In this document: piece by piece, positions 48,196 through 57,526 of the stretch | Numbering within the stretch: the first letter of the stretch is position 1 | Layout of the letters: every line of letters starts with the position of its first letter | Assembly: GCA_035715365.1 (NCBI GenBank) | Contig: DASTLB010000022.1 | Coordinates: 144,242-208,241, forward strand | Reading direction: 5' to 3' | Source of the DNA: Kofleriaceae bacterium | Lineage (GTDB): Bacteria > Myxococcota_A > Polyangia > Haliangiales > Haliangiaceae | DNA length: 64,000 nucleotides | Notes under the pieces: generated by a model | Database searches by the model: none | What the model was told of the DNA's origin: nothing | The model's input: only the letters and a program-made list of their open reading frames with translations | Position numbers and translations under genes: made by a program

Positions 48196-49134
48196 ATGCG
48201 TCGCGCACTGATTCTCGGGCTCGTCACGTCTATCGCCGCGTGCGGCAGTGATCCGTCGGAGGGGGATGACGATCCGATCGTCGTCGGCGACACGCCGGCG
48301 TTCACGATCACCAGCGCCGACATCACGCTGCAGCCCGGCGAGGAGAACACCTACTGCTTCTACTTCCACACGCCGAACACGACGACGGCGGCGGTCGGCA
48401 AGTGGGTGTCGGACATGACGGCCGGCAGCCATCACATGATCTACTTCTCGAACCTGACCGGCGATCAGCCGGCGGACGGCACGGTCGACGACTGCAACCT
48501 GGGCGGCAGCGCGGTGCCGCTGCCGGTGTACGGCACGCAGATCGCGCACGAGGAGGTCGTGTTCCCGACCGACGACGGACAGGGCAACCCGCTCGGCCAG
48601 GAGATCTCGCCGAACACGGCGGGGTTCTTCCAGATGCACTACCTGAACGCGACCGACCAGCCGCTGACCGCGCACGTCACGCTCGAGGCGTACGCGCTGC
48701 CCGAGACCGCGACGTACACGAAGACCGATCTGTTCGCGACGTACAACAGCGACATCGCGATCCCGCCGGGTGCGACGAACTTCGTCGTCAGCGCGACGTG
48801 CGATGTCGTCAACGGCAAGTTCTGGTCGATGTCGTCGCACTCGCACAAGCAGTCGATCGCGACCTCGATCAGCGACGGCGCCGCGACCGTGTTCTCGAGC
48901 ACGGACTGGGAGCACCCGGGCACGCTGCGGTTCGACCCGGACTTCTATCAGTTCTCGTCGCAGATCACGTGGTCGTGCACGTACAACAACACCGGCGACA
49001 ATGCGGCGCAGACCGTGTACGCGGGCCAGAGCGCACAGACGAACGAGATGTGCATGGCGACCGGCTATTACTTCCCGGCGCGCGGCCCGAAGGGTTGCTT
49101 CTTCTCCGACGGCGCGTGCCAGTGCCTGCTGTAA
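48196..49134 (+). CDS. PHM/DBH-like copper type-II monooxygenase-like lipoprotein
   Basis: Lipobox SIAAC; CuH-like SHHMIYF plus downstream His; CuM-like HSHK plus NEMCM (compare PHM HHM...HxH...EMC). Confidence 0.45.
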   Translation: MRRALILGLVTSIAACGSDPSEGDDDPIVVGDTPAFTITSADITLQPGEENTYCFYFHTPNTTTAAVGKWVSDMTAGSHHMIYFSNLTGDQPADGTVDDCNLGGSAVPLPVYGTQIAHEEVVFPTDDGQGNPLGQEISPNTAGFFQMHYLNATDQPLTAHVTLEAYALPETATYTKTDLFATYNSDIAIPPGATNFVVSATCDVVNGKFWSMSSHSHKQSIATSISDGAATVFSSTDWEHPGTLRFDPDFYQFSSQITWSCTYNNTGDNAAQTVYAGQSAQTNEMCMATGYYFPARGPKGCFFSDGACQCLL

Positions 49135-49238
49135 CTCGTCGAGCCTGCGCTTGATGTGCAGCGCTCGTCGGCGGGTGTGAGCAGCGAGGCCGTCACGATC
49201 ATCTGGATCGTCGACGGCCTTTGTTATACGAGCGGGCG

Positions 49239-50132
49239 ATGCGCCTGGGGATCTTGCTCGTGTGGCTCGCCGGTTGTCAGTTCGCGCCGGTGCCGGTGCA
49301 ACCCGGCAGCGACGCGCCGGACGGCAGCGGCAGCGACGGCGACGTGACACCGCCGATCGACGCGTGCGCGGCATGTCCGGACAACGACGTCGCCGCCGGC
49401 GCGATCGCGATCACCGACACCCGCCACGTCAGTGGCGACTTCACGGCCGCGCACGACGATCTCGCGACCGGCTGCGGACCGACCGGCGCGCGCGATCTGT
49501 TCTACGAGCTCGTCGTGCCGTCGCCGCAGGTCGTCTACATCGACACGATCGCGACCGCGTTCGACGGCGTGCTCTCGCTGTACCCCGGCTCGTGCACCGC
49601 GGCCGGCGCGCAGCTGTCGTGCGCCGACAACCCGTGCGACGGCTCGCTGCACGCGCAGCTCGCGCGTTCGCTCGCGGCCGGCACCTACTGCCTCGTCGTC
49701 GAGGATGGCGGCAACACCGCGACGACGTTCGATCTCGACGTCGAGTTTGCGGGCCGCGATGGCATCGAGCTCGCGGGCGCCGGGCCGTGGAACCTGTCGG
49801 GCAACACGTGCGATGGCATCGACGGCGCGGACCCGAGCTGCGAGTCCGGCGCGTCCGCGGCCGGCACCGGCAAGGACGTCATGTACTGGATGACCGTGTG
49901 CCAGGGCTCGCACGCGGTGCGCGCGTCGACGTGCGCGAGCACCGGCTTCGACTCGATCGTGTACATGCGCAGCCAGTTCGAGGAGCTCGCGTGCCGCGAC
50001 GATGGCTGCACGCCGGCGTCGAACCACGGCTCGCTGATGACCTCGTCGACGACCGGCAACGGCCTGATGATGATCATCGTCGATGGCTACGACGGCGCGT
50101 GCGGCAGCTACACGCTCAACGTCCAGCCGTGA
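49239..50132 (+). CDS. Cys-rich secreted lipoprotein (hypothetical)
   Basis: Lipobox LVWLAGC; 20 Cys; no catalytic motif recognised. Confidence 0.5.
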   Translation: MRLGILLVWLAGCQFAPVPVQPGSDAPDGSGSDGDVTPPIDACAACPDNDVAAGAIAITDTRHVSGDFTAAHDDLATGCGPTGARDLFYELVVPSPQVVYIDTIATAFDGVLSLYPGSCTAAGAQLSCADNPCDGSLHAQLARSLAAGTYCLVVEDGGNTATTFDLDVEFAGRDGIELAGAGPWNLSGNTCDGIDGADPSCESGASAAGTGKDVMYWMTVCQGSHAVRASTCASTGFDSIVYMRSQFEELACRDDGCTPASNHGSLMTSSTTGNGLMMIIVDGYDGACGSYTLNVQP

Positions 50133-50135
50133 CCG

Positions 50136-51134
50136 TCAGCGTGCCCTGGGGTGCGCGGCGAAGAAGTCGAGGATCACCTCGCTGCCGAAGTCGCGCGTGA
50201 CGTTTCCCGACCGCGCGAGGTACGGCCAGCCGGACGGCCAGGTGTGGCCGCCACCGTCGACGACGATCAGCTCGGTCGCCGCGGTGCAGCCGGTCCAGGT
50301 GCGCCGGATCGACGTCGCGTGATCCGTCGGATCGCGATCCGGGATCGCGGCGGTCTCGTACGCGGGCCGGCAGCCGTTGCGCTTCGCCCAGCCGGCCATC
50401 GTGGTCTCGACGTCGGCCTTGACGCCCTCCTGCTCGAGGCAGCCCTGCGCGCCGCCGGCGTACGGCCAGCACGGATCCGTCGAGCCGTGGATCGCGAGCA
50501 CCGGCACCGCGCCGCACGCGCCGCCGTCGTCCGCGTGCTGGTTTGCACCGCCGACCGGCGCGATCGCCGCGATCACGCCCGGGCGCTCGCAGCCGATCCG
50601 GTGCGCCATCGCGGCGCCGTTCGACAGCCCGGTCGCGTAGATCCGGCGGTCGTCGATCGGCGCGAGCGCGCGCACCGCCGCGAGCAGGTCGTCGGTGAAC
50701 TTGACGTCGTCGACATGCTCGGCGCACGCGCGCCCGCTCGCGCAGTACCTGCCGGCCTTGCCGCCACCGGCGTTCCACGTCCGCATCTCGCGCGCGAGCT
50801 TCGCCGGCGTGCCGTCGGGTGACACCACCGCGAACCCGCGCGCGGTCGCGAGCGCGACGAGGCATTTCGGATCGCGCTCGTCCCCGGCCGGGCACGTCAC
50901 GCGGCGCGCCGCCTCGCGATTGCCGCCACCGCCGTGATACGCGATCACGAGCGGCAGCGGCGTCTTGCCATCCCACGTCGACGGCACGGCGAGGTCGAAG
51001 CCGCGATCCGGCCAGCCCGCGACGCTGCACGCGATGTGGTCGCCGGGGCGCGCGTGCTTGCCGGTGCACGCGTCGTCGGCCGGGTGCGAGCGACACGCGG
51101 CGATCATGGCGACGAGCACGACGCCGCGGATCAC
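50136..51134 (-). CDS. PHB-depolymerase-family esterase (alpha/beta hydrolase, LpqC-like) lipoprotein
   Basis: GTG start preceded by GGAG; lipobox VAMIAAC; nucleophile elbow GLSNGAAMA; HGGGG oxyanion region. Confidence 0.65.
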   Translation of the reverse strand: MIRGVVLVAMIAACRSHPADDACTGKHARPGDHIACSVAGWPDRGFDLAVPSTWDGKTPLPLVIAYHGGGGNREAARRVTCPAGDERDPKCLVALATARGFAVVSPDGTPAKLAREMRTWNAGGGKAGRYCASGRACAEHVDDVKFTDDLLAAVRALAPIDDRRIYATGLSNGAAMAHRIGCERPGVIAAIAPVGGANQHADDGGACGAVPVLAIHGSTDPCWPYAGGAQGCLEQEGVKADVETTMAGWAKRNGCRPAYETAAIPDRDPTDHATSIRRTWTGCTAATELIVVDGGGHTWPSGWPYLARSGNVTRDFGSEVILDFFAAHPRAR

Positions 51135-51622
51135 GGCGTCGGCTCCGGTCCGGCGACGAGCCCGGTGCGTACCGCCGCGAGCGCGAGTGCGAACCGCGCG
51201 GCACGTCCGAGATCGCCATCGAACGGGACGAGCGCGCGATCGAGCCAGTACTCGACCTCCGCCGACGACTGGCCGACCGTGCCCGGCGCGCCGAGATCCG
51301 CGAGCTTGATCGGGCCGTCCGCCGCCGCGCGGCCGAGCCCGAGATCGAGCAGGCACAGATCGCGGTGCGCCGCGAGCCCGCGATCCTCGACGTGCGCCGG
51401 CAGCGAGCGCTCGCCATGCAGGCACACGATCAGCGCGAGCGGCGTCGCGCCCGAGTCGCCCATGATCATCGCGACGGTCGCCCACGCCGCGCTCGCCTCG
51501 AGCCCGGTCGCGCCGCGCGTCAGCACCGCATGCGCGGGCCGCAGCGTGTCCGCCCAGTTTCCCGGGCGCCAGCGCGCCGCGCACGCCAGCAGGTCCCACG
51601 ACTCGACGACCGCCTCGGCCAT
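51131..51622 (-). CDS. hypothetical protein with degenerate kinase-like catalytic-loop motifs
   Basis: LHGERSLPAHV...DLGLGR reminiscent of small atypical kinases; stop overlaps downstream GTG (GTGA). Confidence 0.3.
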   Translation of the reverse strand: MAEAVVESWDLLACAARWRPGNWADTLRPAHAVLTRGATGLEASAAWATVAMIMGDSGATPLALIVCLHGERSLPAHVEDRGLAAHRDLCLLDLGLGRAAADGPIKLADLGAPGTVGQSSAEVEYWLDRALVPFDGDLGRAARFALALAAVRTGLVAGPEPTP

Positions 51623-51631
51623 GGCTCGATG

Positions 51632-52267
51632 CTACTCGACGCGCAGCTTGCGCGCTCGCTCGACGCGGCGGCGCGACAGCTCGACCCCGATCGCATCGAG
51701 GCCGTGCGCGTTCGCGACCGCGAGCACGCTGCCCATCCCGCAGAACGGATCGACGACACCGCGCAGGCCGATCGATGCGACGAACGCGACCGCGGCCTCG
51801 CACGCGGCCTTGCCCATCGCGCGCGACCACGTCATGTGACCGAGCGCGGGCAGCACGTCGGCCGTCGACGCACCGGGCTCGACGCGCCGCGCGCGGCTCG
51901 TGCACACGAGGTGCGCGTACGCGGGCCGCCCCATCGTGATCGTGCCCGGTGGCACGCGGCACACGATCTTGTGCCAGAGCACGTGGCTGCCCGCCTGCTC
52001 CGCGCCGCGCATCACGAGGTACGCTTTGTCGATCCAGCGGCCGTCGTGCTTGACGTCGGTCTGGTAGAAGATCGCGACCGCGTCGTCGGCGACGGCCCGG
52101 CACAGCGTCGCGGTGGTCTCGACGAACCACGCCTTCCAGCGCTCGACGCCGAGCTCGGGCAGCTCGGAGTGATCCGGCAGCGAGGTGATGATCGCGTGAT
52201 CGGGCGCGAGCGGATGCTCGGCGAGATACGCGAGGCCATCGCCGTGGTGGATCACGCGAGCGGTCAC
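51632..52267 (-). CDS. N6_N4 DNA-methyltransferase-like small protein with degenerate motif IV
   Basis: Beta-class order: motif IV region AIITSLPD (expected DPPY/F) then motif I VVDPFCGMGSVLAVA...GVELSRRRVERARKL. Confidence 0.45.
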   Translation of the reverse strand: MTARVIHHGDGLAYLAEHPLAPDHAIITSLPDHSELPELGVERWKAWFVETTATLCRAVADDAVAIFYQTDVKHDGRWIDKAYLVMRGAEQAGSHVLWHKIVCRVPPGTITMGRPAYAHLVCTSRARRVEPGASTADVLPALGHMTWSRAMGKAACEAAVAFVASIGLRGVVDPFCGMGSVLAVANAHGLDAIGVELSRRRVERARKLRVE

Positions 52268-52276
52268 GCCGTGACG

Positions 52277-54076
52277 TTACCGCGCGGCCGCGAGCTCGGG
52301 CTCGCTCGCCGACGGCTTCACAAACTCGTCTTCCTCATCAACGAGCCCGCTCGGCTTGTCCGCCGGCAGCGTGTAGCGGCGCTCGATCGCCTCGCGGACC
52401 TCGGCGCGCGTGCCTTCACGCTGCTCGATCAGCGCGACCTCGTCGGCGAGCTCGTCGTCCTTGACCTCGACGCGCAGCCACTTCGAGTAGTCGTGGTTGC
52501 GCAGGTGATAGATCCACGTCTCGTCGTCGACGCCGTCGGCGAGGTGCACGAACAGCTGCAGGTTGTGCGCCTTGAGGTTCAGCTTCGCGTCGGGTCCGCG
52601 GAAGTAGAAGCTGCGCGTCTTGCCGAGGTTGCCTTCCATGTACTTGCGCTTGTGGCGCTTGCGCTCCATCTTCGGCGGCTCGGTCTGCAAGATCGTCGTC
52701 TCGGTGTTCGCGATGTTCCAGTACAGCGCCTGACCGGTGCCGAGCTTGCCGCCGTTCGGGATCGCCGCGAGCCGCGGACACGGTACCTCCGCGAGCTGGC
52801 TCAGCTCGTAGACCGAGTCCGTCGGCTGCTCGCCGACCGCGACGAGCGTATCGAGCGTCTTGATGATCGCGGGCGCGACGCTCGTCGGGTGCACGGTGAC
52901 GTAGAGCGTGCCGTGCGGGCGCAGCGCCATCTCGGCCGCGGGCTCCCACGACGCCGGCAGCAGGTGGTGCGCCTCGTCGACGACGAGCCAGTGCGGCCGC
53001 CCGGTCCGCGTGCGCAGCTCGGCGAGCACCGGCAGCAGCTCGGCGAAGAACTCCGGGCGGTGCTCGACCGCGATGCCGAGCAGGTTGACGACGACGTTGC
53101 GCGACGGATCCTTCAGCACGTCGAGCACCTCGGACGCGAGCGGCGCGCGCGTCGGCGAGCCGAGCACGACCGCGAGCTCGACGTTCGCGTAGTCGCCTTC
53201 TGGATCGATGATCGCGAACTGGTAGTTGCGCTGCGACAGCCGCTCGAGCACGCCGGTCGTCAGCGTCGACTTGCCGCTGCCCGACGTGCCGCACACCATC
53301 ATGTTCGTCGCGTACGGATCGATCGAGAGCGCGCGGTCGCCGTCCTTGCCGAGCAGGACATGGTGGCGCGTCAGCTTCGGCGCGGCGATCGCGAGATCGT
53401 CGGCGAGCAGGTGCTCGATCAGCTCGCTGACCCCGGCGCCGTGGTCGGCGGTCGTGACGACATCGGCGTGCGCCTTGAGCGAGGGCAGCGCGTTCGCGAC
53501 CGCGACGCCGGCCTCGCAGCACGTCAGCAGCGCGTGGTCGTTCTCGGCATCACCGACGCCGACCACGTTGTGGCGCGACAGCCCGAGCTCGAACAGCGCC
53601 TGCGCGAGCCCGGTCGCCTTGTTGACGCCGGACGGCAGCACCATGACGGCGCCCTTGTTGAAGATCACCTGGAGCTCGAGCCCGAGGTCGTGGATCACGT
53701 GCAGCACGGTGTCCTGGTGCGGCTCCCACGTCGCGACGATCGCGTGACCGACCGCGATCCGATCGACGCCGCGCCGCCGCAGCTCGTCGACAAACTCCGG
53801 TGGCGGCGGCTCGCACGACGACCGGATCTCCTTCGTCGCGGGCTCGTACACGAGCGCGCCGTTCTCGGCGACGATCCGGTCGAACAGCTCGGGATGATCG
53901 AGCAGGCCGAGCAGCTCCTCGAGCTGCCGCCCGGTCACCATGATCAGCTTGCGTCCGGACTCGCGCAGCCGCCGCAACGCACTCCACGTGTCGTCGTCGA
54001 TCCGCCCGTGGTGCGCGAGCGTCCCGTCGTAATCCGCCGCCAGAGCGTGGTACCGCACCCAGCGATCTCGCTGCAC
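52277..54076 (-). CDS. HAD-IIB phosphatase domain fused to HerA/FtsK-like (DUF87) P-loop ATPase
   Basis: HAD motifs ADYDGTL, VTGRQ, GDAENDHALL; Walker A CGTSGSGKST; IIDPEGDY; Walker B LVVDEAHHL. Confidence 0.65.
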   Translation of the reverse strand: MQRDRWVRYHALAADYDGTLAHHGRIDDDTWSALRRLRESGRKLIMVTGRQLEELLGLLDHPELFDRIVAENGALVYEPATKEIRSSCEPPPPEFVDELRRRGVDRIAVGHAIVATWEPHQDTVLHVIHDLGLELQVIFNKGAVMVLPSGVNKATGLAQALFELGLSRHNVVGVGDAENDHALLTCCEAGVAVANALPSLKAHADVVTTADHGAGVSELIEHLLADDLAIAAPKLTRHHVLLGKDGDRALSIDPYATNMMVCGTSGSGKSTLTTGVLERLSQRNYQFAIIDPEGDYANVELAVVLGSPTRAPLASEVLDVLKDPSRNVVVNLLGIAVEHRPEFFAELLPVLAELRTRTGRPHWLVVDEAHHLLPASWEPAAEMALRPHGTLYVTVHPTSVAPAIIKTLDTLVAVGEQPTDSVYELSQLAEVPCPRLAAIPNGGKLGTGQALYWNIANTETTILQTEPPKMERKRHKRKYMEGNLGKTRSFYFRGPDAKLNLKAHNLQLFVHLADGVDDETWIYHLRNHDYSKWLRVEVKDDELADEVALIEQREGTRAEVREAIERRYTLPADKPSGLVDEEDEFVKPSASEPELAAAR

Positions 54077-54169
54077 GACACGTGCCGCGGCGTGCCGGCT
54101 GCCCCGCCTGCGGGCTTCTCCGAGCAGCGATGCACCACGCGCGCGCGCCGGGCGAGCGCCAGTGCTCGC

Positions 54170-55105
54170 TCAGCACTCGAGGTCGTGGAACAGATCGGTC
54201 GAAAAGTACCGCTCCATGCGATCGCACAGCACGGTCGCGATCGTCTTGTCCGGACCGATGCGCTTCGCGAGCACGCGTGCCGCCGCGAAGTTCAACCCGC
54301 TCGACGGACCGACCGGCAGACCGCGCGTGATCAGCTCGCGCGCCGCGCACATCGCGTCGTGCTCGTCGATCCGGATGTCCTCGGACAGCCCGATCTCCGC
54401 TGGATTCAAGATCGTCGATAGCCCCTCGACGATGCCCGGGATGCCACCGCACACCTCGGGCTGGCCCTCGAAGCACGTCGAGCCGTGCGTCGGGACCGCG
54501 CGCGCGAACACCGTCGGATGCCCGGCCTCGCGCAGTGCGCGGGCGATGCCCATCAGCGTCCCCCCCGTACCGACACCGGCGACGAAGCCATGGATCGTGG
54601 TGCCGATCTGCTGGATCAGCTCCGGGCCGGTCTCGCGCTGGTGTGCACGCGCGTTGAGCTCGTTCTCGAACTGCCGCGTGAGGAAGACCTTCGGATTGTC
54701 GGCCGCCATGCTCCGCGTGCGCTCGATCGCGCCGAGGATGCCGCCCTGCTTCGGGGTCAGGACGCACTCACCACCGTAGCGCTTGATGATCAGCATGCGC
54801 TCGCGGCTCACGTTCTCCGGCATCACCGCACAGAACCGAACACCGAGCACCGCGCACGCCATCGCCAGCGCGATCGACGTCGAGCCGCTCGACGCCTCGA
54901 CGACGATCGTGTCCTCGTCGATCGCGCCGGTCTCGACGCCGTGGCCGAGGATGAACGCGGCGACGCGGTCCTTCGTCGAGCCCGACGGCAGCAGGTACTC
55001 GAGCTTGAGCCAGATGACGCACCGGCTCTCCTCGTCACGCAGCGGGATCGCCATCGTGCGCGCCGCCATGCGGATCAGCGTCGCCTTGCGCTCGGCGAGA
55101 GACAT
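54170..55105 (-). CDS. cysteine synthase / CBS-like PLP-dependent enzyme
   Basis: PLP lysine motif SGSTKDR; Gly-rich loop GVGTGGT. Confidence 0.7.
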   Translation of the reverse strand: MSLAERKATLIRMAARTMAIPLRDEESRCVIWLKLEYLLPSGSTKDRVAAFILGHGVETGAIDEDTIVVEASSGSTSIALAMACAVLGVRFCAVMPENVSRERMLIIKRYGGECVLTPKQGGILGAIERTRSMAADNPKVFLTRQFENELNARAHQRETGPELIQQIGTTIHGFVAGVGTGGTLMGIARALREAGHPTVFARAVPTHGSTCFEGQPEVCGGIPGIVEGLSTILNPAEIGLSEDIRIDEHDAMCAARELITRGLPVGPSSGLNFAAARVLAKRIGPDKTIATVLCDRMERYFSTDLFHDLEC

Positions 55106-55138
55106 CGACTGGAGGATCACGCGCCTACCGTAGACGGC

Positions 55139-56050
55139 ATGGTCGCCGACGAGCAAGGGCGTCGCTCCGACAGACCGCCGAGAGACTCGCCAGGTCGTTG
55201 GCGGTCCAACGGTCAACCCGGCTATGATGCGGTGATCACCGTGAAAGCCGCCACGGTTCCTCCACCGAGCTTCGCGATCCGGCGGGTCGTCGACAACCGC
55301 GAAGTCCGCATCGTCTACCAGCCGCTCGTCGATCTGAGGAGCCGCAAGGTCTTCGCCTACGAGGCTCTCGTGCGCTCGAAGGCGCCCGAGTTCACGAACC
55401 CGCTGCAGCTGTTCGCCGCGGCGGTCGATCACTCGTGTGTCGGCGAGCTCGGACGCGTGCTGCGCCAGCTCTCGGTCGAGAACTGTCCTCACTTCCCGCT
55501 GTTCCTGAACGTCCACCCCGCGGAGCTCAACGAGCAGTACCTCGTCCGCACCGACGATCCGATCTTCGACCACGGCCACGACGTCTACCTCGAGATCACC
55601 GAGGGCGTGCCGCTCTCGCACTTCCAGCTCTGCCAGTCGATCCTGTCCGAGGTGCGCGGCCGCGGCATCTCGCTCGTCGTCGACGATCTCGGCGCTGGCT
55701 ACTCGAACCTCAAGTACATCGCCGACCTCCACCCGCGCATGGTGAAGCTCGACCGCGACCTGATCGCGGGCCTCGTCCACGACTCGCGGATGTTCAAGCT
55801 GGTGTCCGCGATCGTCGTGCTGTGCAAGGAGCTCGAGGCGCAGGTCGTCGCCGAGGGGATCGAGACCGTCGAGGAGCTCGACGCCGTCATCGACTCGGGC
55901 GCGCGCTACGGCCAGGGCTACCTGCTCGCGCGCCCGAACTTTCCGCTGCCCGACGTCCAGTGGCCCGCGGAGCTCGCCGGTCCGCGCGAGCGCCCCACGG
56001 TCCGGCGAGAGCGACTGGCAGCGCAGAAGAAACCCGCACGCCGGCGCTGA
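55139..56050 (+). CDS. stand-alone EAL-domain c-di-GMP phosphodiesterase
   Basis: YQPLVDL, YEALVR, EITE, DDLGAGYSNL, KLDRDLI, EGIET motifs; alternative GTG start at 55232. Confidence 0.7.
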   Translation: MVADEQGRRSDRPPRDSPGRWRSNGQPGYDAVITVKAATVPPPSFAIRRVVDNREVRIVYQPLVDLRSRKVFAYEALVRSKAPEFTNPLQLFAAAVDHSCVGELGRVLRQLSVENCPHFPLFLNVHPAELNEQYLVRTDDPIFDHGHDVYLEITEGVPLSHFQLCQSILSEVRGRGISLVVDDLGAGYSNLKYIADLHPRMVKLDRDLIAGLVHDSRMFKLVSAIVVLCKELEAQVVAEGIETVEELDAVIDSGARYGQGYLLARPNFPLPDVQWPAELAGPRERPTVRRERLAAQKKPARRR

Positions 56051-56101
56051 TTCCGCGTGCCGCGACAAACCGCTTGCGTTCCGCCGCCGCATGGGTCAAT
56101 A

Positions 56102-56119
56102 CTGAACCAGATGGTTCAG
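56102..56119 (+). promoter_or_regulatory. perfect 8-2-8 palindrome overlapping the ArsR start codon (candidate ArsR/SmtB operator)
   Basis: CTGAACCA-GA-TGGTTCAG. Confidence 0.45.
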
Positions 56120-56470
56120 TTTTCGAGAGCCGCGCAACTCGACGCCGCGTTCGCCGCATTGGCCGATGCGACGCGCCGGGGCGTGCTGGAGCAGCTCGGG
56201 CGGGCGGACGCGTCGATCACGGATCTCGCCGAGAAGTTCGACATGACGTTGACCGGCATGAAGAAGCACGTCGGCGTGCTCGAGGATGCCGGGCTCGTCG
56301 CGACATCGAAGGTCGGTCGCGTCCGGACGTGCAGGCTCGGCCCGCGCCAGCTCGACGAGGTCACGGCGTGGATCGACCGCTATCGCCGGATGTGGAGCGC
56401 GCGCTTCGACGAGCTCGACCAGGTGATCGAGGACATGAAGCAGAACGAGAAAGCGAGAACACAGCGATGA
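56111..56470 (+). CDS. ArsR/SmtB-family transcriptional regulator
   Basis: HTH LADATRRGVLEQL...SITDLAEKFDMTLTGMKKHVGVLEDAGLV. Confidence 0.75.
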   Translation: MVQFSRAAQLDAAFAALADATRRGVLEQLGRADASITDLAEKFDMTLTGMKKHVGVLEDAGLVATSKVGRVRTCRLGPRQLDEVTAWIDRYRRMWSARFDELDQVIEDMKQNEKARTQR

Positions 56471-56925
56471 AGAACGAGACGAGAGTGGAACGCAAGTCGG
56501 AGCGCGAGATGGTCATCACGCGCACGTTCAACGCACCCCCGCGCATCGTGTTCGAGGCGTGGACGAAGGCCGAGCTCATGCGGCGCTGGTGGGTCCCGAA
56601 GTCGAGCGGGATCACGCTGCTGTCGTGCGAGATGGATGTTCGGACCGGCGGTAGCTATCGCTTCGTGTTCGCACACGAGCCCGAGCCGATGGCGTTCTTC
56701 GGCCGTTATCTCGAGGTGACGCCGCACACGCGACTGGTGTGGACGAACGACGAGAGCGGCGACGCTGGGCAGCTCAGCACGCTGACGCTCGAGGACCACG
56801 GCGACACGTCGCGGATCGTCTTGCACGAGGTGTACCCGTCGGCCGAAGCGCTCGAGGCGGCGAAGGGCTCGTACGACGGCATGGCCGAGTCGTTCGACCA
56901 GCTGGATGCGCTGCTCGCCGGATAG
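56467..56925 (+). CDS. SRPBCC/AHSA1-domain protein
   Basis: Aha1-like pattern ITRTFNAPPRIVFEAWTKAELMRRW; ATGA overlap with the arsR stop. Confidence 0.7.
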   Translation: MKNETRVERKSEREMVITRTFNAPPRIVFEAWTKAELMRRWWVPKSSGITLLSCEMDVRTGGSYRFVFAHEPEPMAFFGRYLEVTPHTRLVWTNDESGDAGQLSTLTLEDHGDTSRIVLHEVYPSAEALEAAKGSYDGMAESFDQLDALLAG

Positions 56926-56929
56926 CGAG

Positions 56930-57526
56930 CTACTCGCGGATCAACTTCTCGATGATCGCGTAATCCGACTCGAGCACGCCGCCGGCTCGCACGCAGCGCA
57001 CGCGGCTCTGATCGTCGACGATGATGTGGATCGGGATCGGCGGCGCGCCCGGCAGGCCGAGCTGCGCGATCCACGCTTCCTGCGCCTTCGTGTCCGCGAT
57101 CCGCAGCGATGCCGGCGTGCCCGGGTGCTCCTTGCGGAACGCGGCGATCGCGTCGTCGGAGTCATCGACCGAGACGAACGCGAGGTCGATGCCGAGCTTG
57201 TCGCGCCACTTCGCGAGCCGCGGCATCTCCTCGACACACGGCTTGCACCAGGTCGCCCAGACGTTGATCCAGCGCCACGTCTTCGCCGCGGCCGGCGGTG
57301 CGCCACTCGCGAGCGCAGGCCACGCGAGCGGCTTCGCGTCCGCGGCCTTCGCGTAGACGTCGCAGAACGCCTCGGTGGTCGCGCCCTGGTTCGCGGTCAC
57401 CTTCGCGGCGTTGACGCGCGATGGCGGCGGCTCCGAGGACGCCTTCTTGTCCTCGCAGCCGCCGACCGCGCACGCGAGCGCGAGCGTGCCGAGCGCGACG
57501 CGGATCAGAGCTGGCAGTCGATCCAT
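56930..57526 (-). CDS. TlpA/ResA-like thioredoxin-fold lipoprotein
   Basis: Lipobox LALACAVGGC; WATWCKPC active site. Confidence 0.7.
   Translation of the reverse strand: MDRLPALIRVALGTLALACAVGGCEDKKASSEPPPSRVNAAKVTANQGATTEAFCDVYAKAADAKPLAWPALASGAPPAAAKTWRWINVWATWCKPCVEEMPRLAKWRDKLGIDLAFVSVDDSDDAIAAFRKEHPGTPASLRIADTKAQEAWIAQLGLPGAPPIPIHIIVDDQSRVRCVRAGGVLESDYAIIEKLIRE

Noticed and set aside
45691-49374. 1227-aa ORF on the minus strand
   Set aside because: Antisense to gnd and the lipoprotein genes; Arg-rich low-complexity composition; gnd on the plus strand is unambiguous.
50819-54421. 1200-aa plus ORF and the 50136..52130 minus ORF
   Set aside because: The plus ORF is antisense artefact across the esterase, MTase-like and HAD-HerA genes. 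Of the minus ORF only the esterase portion (50136..51134) is supported.
54485-56050. 521-aa plus ORF
   Set aside because: Only the C-terminal EAL-domain part (from about 55139 or 55232) is protein-like. The N-terminal part is antisense to the cysteine-synthase gene.
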